DNA from: a virus
Lineage: Duplodnaviria; Caudoviricetes
Virus record (IMG/VR): IMGVR_UViG_3300048576_000556
Location: 1 to 37,103 of that record
Reading direction: 5' to 3' (one strand)
DNA: 37,103 nucleotides
Below are positions 10,593-18,003 of the stretch, piece after piece. Positions within the stretch are counted from its first letter, which is position 1. The number at the start of each line of letters is the position of its first letter. Below the pieces are notes generated by a model, which was not told the DNA's origin, ran no database searches, and saw only the letters and a program-made list of their open reading frames with translations. The translations under genes and the position numbers were made by a program.

Positions 10593-10603
10593 AAAATACT
10601 TTC

Positions 10604-11857
10604 TTAAATAAACCTGTTTAATCTTCTAAATGGACTTGCCGGAGCAAGTGTGCCAACAATATTTCCATGTTGAACGCCTTTTTTTACTAAATCTGCACCA
10701 AGTGCCAGTGGAAATCTTCTAGGCTGATTACCTGTGCCGTTGTCACTTGCATGGTATGTTTGGTAATAATTTGCCGATGTATTATCAACCAAGACTGCGC
10801 CGTTGTAGGCATTGCAAAATAGCGTATCTATAATATTGCCCTTTATTACTGCTGCGCCTATGCCCATCCAGCCGCTTGCATTAAAACCGTAAGAGCTTTC
10901 CGAAAGCCCGCCAATAAGCGATTCTGTAATGACAATATGATTTGCAGGAGCATTATATGAACATATGCCGCATCCGTATCCTGTACCACCCTGTACAGTC
11001 CTTGCGGTCAAATACGCATCGGCATTCATAATATGTATTCCGTTGTTGCCGTTATCGCCGCCAATGACTTGATCTGCTATGATGTAAACTTCAGAAGCTT
11101 CACAATATAAACCGCTTGCAAAACCTGAACCCTGACATATACCGTTTATAGATACATGATTTTCACCACCATAAATATAGATACCGTATCCGCCCAGTTC
11201 AGTACCGCCATATACATTGCCATTGATAATCAAATTTATTGAATAACCAGACAAAGTCACCGCAGAGCCCATTGAGCCTGTGAGATTGCCATTAATAATT
11301 ATTGTTGCACCATCAGCTTCGCAAAATACACCTTCACATACATCCGTGCTTGACCCTATCACATCGCCTGTAATACATACATAAGGTGAGCCGCCATACA
11401 TCATTTGAATACCAAAGCAGCCATCACCGATTACATTACCATTTACGGTAACATGTGCACTCGACTGGAAAACTAGCCCGGAATTACTGATGCCGCGAAT
11501 TGTACCTTCTATTTCCAGAGGAGTTGTTGCATCTGCCGGATCTTGAATTAATATGCAGGTATCTTCATCAGCAATTACATCACCGGTTATTTTTACAGCC
11601 CCTGTTGGATTACCGGCTATGTCCCGACCTTTGAATACAAAATTTCCACCAATACTGCCACCTATTTGAGTTACAGTTGTCAATTCTTTGCATGTAAAAC
11701 TGGTATTTATCCTTATATTGATTTTACCGTTGGCGAAAAGAACAGTCGTTCCATCGCATGTTGCAAAATCAACAGGTGTATTATTTGTCGGATGCGTATG
11801 CCACAAGCCGGCTGCATTTATATTTGTATTGCTACTATGTGCATACCAGATAGGCAT
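10604..11857 (-). CDS. Gly-rich beta-helix-like repeat protein
   Basis: 417 aa with about 10 imperfect repeats of the type IxINGNVxGGxxxGxGIxx. Confidence 0.6.
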   Translation of the reverse strand: MPIWYAHSSNTNINAAGLWHTHPTNNTPVDFATCDGTTVLFANGKINIRINTSFTCKELTTVTQIGGSIGGNFVFKGRDIAGNPTGAVKITGDVIADEDTCILIQDPADATTPLEIEGTIRGISNSGLVFQSSAHVTVNGNVIGDGCFGIQMMYGGSPYVCITGDVIGSSTDVCEGVFCEADGATIIINGNLTGSMGSAVTLSGYSINLIINGNVYGGTELGGYGIYIYGGENHVSINGICQGSGFASGLYCEASEVYIIADQVIGGDNGNNGIHIMNADAYLTARTVQGGTGYGCGICSYNAPANHIVITESLIGGLSESSYGFNASGWMGIGAAVIKGNIIDTLFCNAYNGAVLVDNTSANYYQTYHASDNGTGNQPRRFPLALGADLVKKGVQHGNIVGTLAPASPFRRLNRFI

Positions 11858-11859
11858 AG

Positions 11860-12162
11860 TTAAATAACCTTGCGAATAGAATTAATATTGCCAATCATCG
11901 TCACAAACTGATTGAACAGCAGGCCGATTTCCTGAGAGTACTGGACGATATCAGGTTCCAAGGCAAAGATGTTCGGGATATATACACTTTTAGTCTGCGA
12001 ATCCGCAGCCGACCAGTTACCTTGCTCGTCAACTTTAGCGCCACGAAGTGTAATTTGCGCAGATGTAGCGATCTGACCGCCTGAAATATTGGTATGCAGA
12101 ACAATACTTGGCGCATAAAGTGCATTTGGGACAACCGGCTCTTTGGTTAGAGGAAGTGGCAT
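11860..12162 (-). CDS. Hypothetical protein
   Basis: 100-aa ORF with AAGGA SD, tightly packed in the operon. Confidence 0.6.
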   Translation of the reverse strand: MPLPLTKEPVVPNALYAPSIVLHTNISGGQIATSAQITLRGAKVDEQGNWSAADSQTKSVYIPNIFALEPDIVQYSQEIGLLFNQFVTMIGNINSIRKVI

Positions 12163-12173
12163 AGGAAAATTCC

Positions 12174-12593
12174 TTAATTAATAATTTTAAAATTCAATGT
12201 AATAATGCTTGTAAAAACACTTGGCGGCTGGATATGCTCAACCGAATACAATGGGTCGATAGATTGCTTAAAACATACAGCGCCAATATCCTGGTACACT
12301 TTATTGCGGAAACTTTTGGCAATAGCCAATGCAAGTTCTGTCAAGGCTGTAACTTCCGCATCGTCAGGCGATTTAACCGCTTTTTGAATAGCGATATCGA
12401 TTTGATAATCGAATTCACTACTTGACCTGGTTGCAGTTGCGATATTTACAGCTTTAGGAACAACAGTTACACGCAAAGTTGATAAATCCTTCAATTCATA
12501 AAATGGAAATAGCGTCCTAATAGCAGTAAAAGGCAAAGTGAAACTGCCAGCATTTAAAGTCTGAACAATTTTTTCAGCTAACTGCAAAACCAT
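12174..12593 (-). CDS. Putative tail terminator / head-tail connector
   Basis: 139 aa, alpha/beta pattern like gpU-type terminators, position in the neck module. Confidence 0.6.
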   Translation of the reverse strand: MVLQLAEKIVQTLNAGSFTLPFTAIRTLFPFYELKDLSTLRVTVVPKAVNIATATRSSSEFDYQIDIAIQKAVKSPDDAEVTALTELALAIAKSFRNKVYQDIGAVCFKQSIDPLYSVEHIQPPSVFTSIITLNFKIIN

Positions 12594-12597
12594 TTTA

Positions 12598-12933
12598 TTA
12601 TTCTTCCTTTTTTATAGCAGCAAGGCCATTTGGATTATCAACTTTGAATGCATTTGCATCTAATAAACATGGCCGCTCGCGGCATACTGCACAAAAGGTC
12701 TGGATCGCATTTATCAATCGCTCTTCCTGGGAAGTTTTATCCTTGATCATTTTTTCAAGTGAAGCAACCAGGCAGTAATTGCTGTACATAAGATACGCCA
12801 CCAAAGCGAAACATAGACCCAATTCGCCATATTTCATAAACTCGTCGGCTACAGTTACAACTTCTGTAGAACTACTGCTTCCAAGCATCAGAAAAGGAAC
12901 CGCTGATATAGCTATCTTAGTTGTCAGTGACAT
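12598..12933 (-). CDS. Small membrane protein, holin-like candidate
   Basis: Hydrophobic segments IAISAVPFLMLG and LGLCFALVAYLMY followed by a charged helical tail. Confidence 0.4.
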   Translation of the reverse strand: MSLTTKIAISAVPFLMLGSSSSTEVVTVADEFMKYGELGLCFALVAYLMYSNYCLVASLEKMIKDKTSQEERLINAIQTFCAVCRERPCLLDANAFKVDNPNGLAAIKKEE

Positions 12934-12936
12934 AAT

Positions 12937-13290
12937 CTAAATTTCCTTTGTGTGAAGACGGATGATTTTTCCAAATGGATCGCTGTACCGCCAGCACCCA
13001 TCGTTAATAAATAACGCTTCATATACTTTTCCATCGACTTCGATCCGATCAGCTGCTTTTGGAACAGTTAATAATCCACCAATAATCAAATCAGCCGCAC
13101 AAAATAAAAAATCTGTTACCTGCCCGCCAATTTGAAAACCTGATTCATCTTCTATTTTGTAATCTGTCTTGCCAAAACTGGCGCAGATATTGACACTATC
13201 TGCGCCACGCTTGTAAATTACCATTTCAGATGCATGCGTTTTCAACTTATCAGCTAAAAACTCTATTCCTTTTTTCAGGAGATTAGTCAT
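12937..13290 (-). CDS. Head-closure protein (gpFII-like)
   Basis: PKAADRIEVDGKVYE and WRYSDP motifs; start re-assigned to ATG 13290 overlapping the upstream stop (TAATG). Confidence 0.7.
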   Translation of the reverse strand: MTNLLKKGIEFLADKLKTHASEMVIYKRGADSVNICASFGKTDYKIEDESGFQIGGQVTDFLFCAADLIIGGLLTVPKAADRIEVDGKVYEALFINDGCWRYSDPFGKIIRLHTKEI

Positions 13291-14027
13291 TACGCTTCCT
13301 GTGCCCATGTTCCGCGAATTGCCTTGATTCGATAGCCATCAATACCATCAGCAACAAATGTTATGAAGTCACCTTTCTTGGCTGTGGCCTTGGTATTGGA
13401 AAGCTTCTTGCCATCGCCGCCTGCTGCGATACCGAGACCGCCAAGGTTTTTATCACCTGCCTGGAAATCCACTTCAACTAGTGCACTGCCATCAGCCGCT
13501 GCATTCATAACCGTAAATTCCAGCCCCGCTGCTGTTGCCGGCAGTGTAATTACCGTATTATCTGCTGTGCAATCGTAGCAGGCTCCCGATTCTGTAACAC
13601 CAGCATTTGCACTTACAGCTTTGGTAATTCTTGCAGCACCCGCAAATGTCGGAATCCGAGAATCGAATTTATTCAATGCAACATAAACAAACTGATCCGC
13701 AGCTACAGCAGCGATTACTGCTGTGCCAAGAAGGACATCACCAGCCGCTTGTGCATCACCTCCGATTTGTGTGGCAGCTCCCGTCCCTGCAACACCGCCC
13801 TGCGGATCGCCGTCAGCATCGAACCAAACAGGAAGACCTGCCACAAAAGCTTCATTCTTTTTAGGAACTGCAAAGACACCTTGGACCGCTAGTGCACCTT
13901 TTGTGTTTGCCGGAATATCCAGCTTGGTGATACCGACAATACCTTTTTGGACCACGATAGTACCGGCTGCTACATCAACAGCCGGTGTGTAATCAATGGC
14001 TTTGCCATTTTGATAAAAATTAATCAT
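13290..14027 (-). CDS. DUF2190-family capsid decoration/cement protein with C-terminal extension
   Basis: N-terminal YQNGKAIDYTPAVDVAAG...GALAVQGVF pattern, directly after the capsid gene; about 120 extra residues (ITLPATAAGLEF). Confidence 0.8.
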   Translation of the reverse strand: MINFYQNGKAIDYTPAVDVAAGTIVVQKGIVGITKLDIPANTKGALAVQGVFAVPKKNEAFVAGLPVWFDADGDPQGGVAGTGAATQIGGDAQAAGDVLLGTAVIAAVAADQFVYVALNKFDSRIPTFAGAARITKAVSANAGVTESGACYDCTADNTVITLPATAAGLEFTVMNAAADGSALVEVDFQAGDKNLGGLGIAAGGDGKKLSNTKATAKKGDFITFVADGIDGYRIKAIRGTWAQEA

Positions 14028-14057
14028 TGGTTTTACTCCTATTTCAAAAAAATATTA

Positions 14058-15947
14058 TTATGCTTCGCCTTTAAACTTCACAGCGCCGCGATAATCCTGT
14101 TCACGAACACCGAAATCGATAAAGCCCCTGAACTGAATGCCGAGTGTGTTAAAATCGGCATCGGTCTTTTCAACTGTTGGCTGATCGATTCCGTTGAGGA
14201 ACGCAACTTCCAGGGCAGGAAGTCTATTGGGATCAGCAAACAGATACCATGCCTTTGAGCTATAGCCTGCAAACGATGAATTACTCAAATAGCTGCTCGA
14301 GACAACTTCATATTTACCAATATGAGGATTGGATGCAGGTTTACCCTTATTGGCCGTTGTAGTCTCATTCAAAGTCGGTGACTTCATCAATAAATCAGCT
14401 GGCACTCTGAGAGCGGTTGGTACCAGGATTAGTGATGGCTGAACACCAAGCGGTTTGCCGTTTGGTTTAGTTTGCTCGCCAAATACAACCTCGGCATCTG
14501 TCAATGAATCGACGCACAATGCCGTATCAGCGCCATCTTTGTAATTTTTATGAGCAGTAGAAAAAAAGCTCGATGGATTTGAAAGTAAAAGCCCCCATAC
14601 AGCATCAGCAATCGCTTCCGCTGCTCCCATACCAATTTGTCTGGGAACATCCGTAAATGCAGCCAGATCATCATTGATAATCATCTGGCGGGTAAGAGCA
14701 AACATGATACCATGAGTATCAGCTTTCTGACCGTATTTCTGCTCATCGATTTTACCATGCTTCAATTCGCCATCAGCGCCAACTTGCTCAAACTTAAAAC
14801 TTCCGGTCATCCGATAGCGGCTGTGTTCTTTAAAATCATTTACACTTGCGATCTTGCAGATCTTCCGCCACGAATCTTCGATATAATTGTATCCTTCCAA
14901 GAGCATTTTATTGGCTACATTGGAGAGTATTCCCGGCAGAGAAGCTGTACTGAAAGCTGCGGCAAGCCATGCTGAAGCATCACGCCGAAATCTTGGCAGC
15001 TGCATAGCACAAATCTGCTCACAGTACTCCTGAATACCGATACCACGGAGTTTTTCAGCAGCTTCCAAAGTCTGGTCATCGTAATATTTTTCGAGTCTTG
15101 AACCTGCAATACCTGAAGCCAACAATGCAACTGCCTCAAAAACCTTGGGAGTTGCCGTAATCTTCTGCGAAGAGACGATATTTACTGTAGGTCTTGATGC
15201 CCGAAGAACCTCAAGTTCGCATTTGCTCTGGTCCCAGCCTTCAGCAATCGCCTTTGCCTCGATATCATCATATTTACTGCCACAGATCTTTTTAATAGCA
15301 GCAATACGCGAAGTCTCTGCTGCGGCTGCTGCCCGGATATCTGCTGTTGTGCTTTCTGCGGTTACGGTTGTCTGTTCTTGCTTATTGTTTTCCTGATTTT
15401 CCATAGTTTGCTCCTGAAAATTTGCGGCAATAGTTGCCGATGTATTGTTATCTGCACCCAGGGTAACAAAACTTATTTCACCCAGGGTTGCTTTACGTGC
15501 TACATTTAATGGGCCGGTAAAATCCTTACCGTTTACATTTACATTTTGGCCTGCTTTAATGAATTCGACCTGATCAGCCCGTGCACCAATCGATGCCTGC
15601 CAGTTAAAACCTTTATCTGCCAAAGTAATAACGCGAGTTGCTCTGGGGGAATCACCAAGGATTTCGCCGACAGCGATTAAGTTATTTTCCAGAATGTCCA
15701 CATGATCGGTCTGGCCAAGCAGATCATCGATATCCTGGTTATGGCTGATAAATATCGGCCGCGATGAACTGCCTGTATTTAATCCCTGCAAATCAATAAC
15801 CACAGGATACTTCCAGCCTTCAAGCATCATGGGACCACCTGTATACGCCGTCATAGAGAAACGCCTGTTTTTGGGTTTTTCATTCTCACCAAGTGCCTGT
15901 GCTGCTTCGATTGAAAAGTTTGCCGTTAAATTTAGTTTATTCTTCAT
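14058..15947 (-). CDS. Fused prohead protease - scaffold - major capsid protein (Mu gpT-like capsid domain)
   Basis: N-terminal protease motifs (FISHN, WQASIGA, EISFVTLGAD), low-complexity linker, capsid domain with LTRQMIINDDL and DFGV...DYRG. Confidence 0.88.
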   Translation of the reverse strand: MKNKLNLTANFSIEAAQALGENEKPKNRRFSMTAYTGGPMMLEGWKYPVVIDLQGLNTGSSSRPIFISHNQDIDDLLGQTDHVDILENNLIAVGEILGDSPRATRVITLADKGFNWQASIGARADQVEFIKAGQNVNVNGKDFTGPLNVARKATLGEISFVTLGADNNTSATIAANFQEQTMENQENNKQEQTTVTAESTTADIRAAAAAETSRIAAIKKICGSKYDDIEAKAIAEGWDQSKCELEVLRASRPTVNIVSSQKITATPKVFEAVALLASGIAGSRLEKYYDDQTLEAAEKLRGIGIQEYCEQICAMQLPRFRRDASAWLAAAFSTASLPGILSNVANKMLLEGYNYIEDSWRKICKIASVNDFKEHSRYRMTGSFKFEQVGADGELKHGKIDEQKYGQKADTHGIMFALTRQMIINDDLAAFTDVPRQIGMGAAEAIADAVWGLLLSNPSSFFSTAHKNYKDGADTALCVDSLTDAEVVFGEQTKPNGKPLGVQPSLILVPTALRVPADLLMKSPTLNETTTANKGKPASNPHIGKYEVVSSSYLSNSSFAGYSSKAWYLFADPNRLPALEVAFLNGIDQPTVEKTDADFNTLGIQFRGFIDFGVREQDYRGAVKFKGEA

Positions 15948-17361
15948 CTTCGTCTTTCTCCAAAATTGAAGTTGTTGCCGTTTGTTGTGATATGCCTAAT
16001 TCGTCCATTAATTTTTTCTCGCGTGAGCGCTGTCGAAGTTCAACTTCCCAGTCTTTGCCTTGCTTTGCATATTCGTCCGCGAGCGTAGTTGTATGGTTAG
16101 CCAGTCTGATTTCCTGTGCCTTTGCTTCTTTAGCAGGATCGACGTGCTCTGTTCCATCCCAAAACCACTGATGGCAAGGCATCGTCCTAACAATAGTTCG
16201 CCAATTCAATGGCAAATAATCAGAGATGAGTATTGCTTCATTCAGCCATGCCTGTAAGATACGATCGAGTATCGCAAGTGCCATGTCCGCTTGATCCACC
16301 CTTATGCTCTTGTAATATGTTTGATGGTCGAGCCGGCCGGAGGCATAGTTGTATCCAGATGAATTACACGCCGCGATATTAAAAGGCATATTCAGACAGC
16401 GGGCGATTTCATTTAGGATCTGATTTTTAAATTCACCGTAAGTTGTAGTTGGCTGATGCGCTTCTATCTGCCCTAGTTTCCAGCCATCAGGAAGCGTTGT
16501 TGCCATCCTTTTCTCGAGTGCAACCACATCCATCGGCTCTAAATTAGCCGCTTCACCATTTGCAGGTGAATCGGTATATAAAACCGCTGCAAAATCAGCT
16601 GCAGTTTCGGCCGCGGCAATTACAGCAAGAGTATATCTTCGAAGCTGTGCAAATAATGGAAGTGCTGGTGTAATTTCAGGAATACCCCTGCTTTGACCGG
16701 GCCTATCTGCTCTGAACCAATGGATCATAGAATCAGCATCGATGGTGTTATATTCATAAAAGGCTGCATTCGAGAAAGAGCCTGGATGATTTTTTAAACA
16801 ATAATAACTGGATGGATTACCAAACTGGTCGAATTCAATGCCATCGACTAATGACTGCGTGTTAAGAAATTTTGACCATGGCGTAGTAATCTGGTCTGCT
16901 TCAATTAATCTCAAATCAAGTTTAACCGGAGAATTCAAATTCCTGTTTATAGAAAGAATCCCAAAAGCCTCACCATCGCTTGCTCTCGCCATTCGCATGG
17001 TACGAAGTTTCTGGGCAAGTTTGATTTGAGATGCCCAGTTCATAAATTCCGTTTCGATAATACCGTTGCCTAAGGTCTCATCAGTGAGCATCTGGAGCCT
17101 TGGCCCTGTGCCGACGACGTCGTTAGCAAGCGTAGAAACTATTCCGCGAGCGTAACTGTTATTAGCAACTTCATAGCGACTGCGATTTCGAAGAGTTTTG
17201 CGAACATCGGCGTTTGTTGCAGAATCAGCCGACAGAGAATCTGCATTCGCCCAGTGCCTCTGGTTGTCAGCTGTGGTCTGGGCAGCATCGAACCTGGCCC
17301 GCAGGATACGTCCTGCCGGCTGTAAAACTTTTTGCTTTTTATTTTTGCCGAAAAACCACAT
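15937..17361 (-). CDS. Portal protein, lambda family
   Basis: 474 aa with LRNRSRYEVANN, RPGQSRGIP, NYASGR and VDPAKE motifs. Confidence 0.92.
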   Translation of the reverse strand: MWFFGKNKKQKVLQPAGRILRARFDAAQTTADNQRHWANADSLSADSATNADVRKTLRNRSRYEVANNSYARGIVSTLANDVVGTGPRLQMLTDETLGNGIIETEFMNWASQIKLAQKLRTMRMARASDGEAFGILSINRNLNSPVKLDLRLIEADQITTPWSKFLNTQSLVDGIEFDQFGNPSSYYCLKNHPGSFSNAAFYEYNTIDADSMIHWFRADRPGQSRGIPEITPALPLFAQLRRYTLAVIAAAETAADFAAVLYTDSPANGEAANLEPMDVVALEKRMATTLPDGWKLGQIEAHQPTTTYGEFKNQILNEIARCLNMPFNIAACNSSGYNYASGRLDHQTYYKSIRVDQADMALAILDRILQAWLNEAILISDYLPLNWRTIVRTMPCHQWFWDGTEHVDPAKEAKAQEIRLANHTTTLADEYAKQGKDWEVELRQRSREKKLMDELGISQQTATTSILEKDEDEE

Positions 17362-17363
17362 AA

Positions 17364-17555
17364 TTAAACCGCTCCTGATGGAGATAGTTTTGAAAACTTA
17401 ATGCCGAGTCCTTTTTTCCGGCTGGCATTCTTACTTGCCAGATATTTATCCGCTGCTATCTGGTCAGCCAGTGAATGCTGCTCGACAGAGACTCCGTCGC
17501 TGGAAACTTTTGCTGGTTGCTGGGCATTATCCGAAATTTTCAAATCATTACTCAT
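17364..17555 (-). CDS. Head completion protein (gpW-like position)
   Basis: 63 aa (MSNDLK...DGVSVEQHSLADQIAADKYL) directly before the portal; the longer ORF call runs through the tRNA. Confidence 0.7.
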   Translation of the reverse strand: MSNDLKISDNAQQPAKVSSDGVSVEQHSLADQIAADKYLASKNASRKKGLGIKFSKLSPSGAV

Positions 17556-17557
17556 AA

Positions 17558-17629
17558 TTGCGGGAGAAGGATTCGAACCTTCATGTTCCAGGGCATGAGC
17601 CTGGTGAGCTACCATTGCTCTATCCCGCC
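17558..17629 (-). tRNA. tRNA-Met (CAT), initiator-like, no encoded CCA
   Basis: GGCGGGA-TA-GAGC AATGGTA GCTC-A-CCAGG CTCATGC CCTGG-AACAT-GAAGG TTCGAAT CCTTC-TCCCGCA-A: all four arms pair, with a 1:72 mismatch (G:A). Confidence 0.85.
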
Positions 17630-17654
17630 ATGAGCAACTAAATTCTGCGAGCGC

Positions 17655-17694
17655 AAAAAAATAAGCCGTCCGGGTGTTCGGCCCCGAACGGCTT
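17655..17694 (-). terminator. Intrinsic terminator / attenuator in the late leader
   Basis: 12-bp stem AAGCCGTTCGGG/CCCGGACGGCTT (one G-U), 8-nt loop, followed by ATTTTTTT. Confidence 0.75.
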
Positions 17695-17705
17695 TTATAT
17701 TTTTC

Positions 17706-17738
17706 TGGATTACCTGCGAGGATCAGTCGCAGTTACCC
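17706..17738 (-). other. Leader hairpin
   Basis: CTGCGA-CTGATCC-TCGCAG core stem-loop with an imperfect outer extension. Confidence 0.55.
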
Positions 17739-17761
17739 GCGTTATTTAGTTGTCGAGTTTG

Positions 17762-17829
17762 ATTATGACATGTGAATTTTGGTATTCAATAGTGATTTTG
17801 AAATATTTAAATAATGTTACACATATAGA
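17762..17829 (-). promoter_or_regulatory. Late promoter with upstream box
   Basis: -35 TTGAAT (17789-17784), 16-bp spacer ending TGT, -10 CATAAT (17767-17762); box TCTATATGTGTAACATT at 17829-17813. Confidence 0.7.
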
Positions 17830-17835
17830 TATAGT

Positions 17836-18003
17836 TCATTGTCCGAGCCTCTTTTCCCATGTCGTAAATCTTCGACCACATTTCTTGCATTCTCTTCTAC
17901 GCACCAGTTTCCCATCTGATGCGGGACGTGTATAGATCACTTGAAATTGCCGGCTGCCACATTTCTGACATTCAAATCCTTTTATTCTTTGCTTCGGAAT
18001 CAT
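17836..18003 (-). CDS. Zinc-ribbon protein (NrdR-N / Ogr-Delta-like), candidate late regulator
   Basis: 55 aa with CQKCGS...VIYTR...RRRECKKCGRRFTTWE; ATGA overlap with the terminase stop. Confidence 0.75.
   Translation of the reverse strand: MIPKQRIKGFECQKCGSRQFQVIYTRPASDGKLVRRRECKKCGRRFTTWEKRLGQ

Noticed and set aside
17556-17615. N-terminal extension of ORF 17364..17615
   Set aside because: It is the tRNA sequence read as codons.
17558-17629. tRNA as integration (att) site
   Set aside because: It is internal to the late operon and no duplicate of its 3' end was seen in the window.
17660-17735. Hammerhead ribozyme (CTGAT…CGAA)
   Set aside because: Core would need CUGANGA and GAAA; the sequence has CUGAUCC and CGAAC and the stems do not fit.
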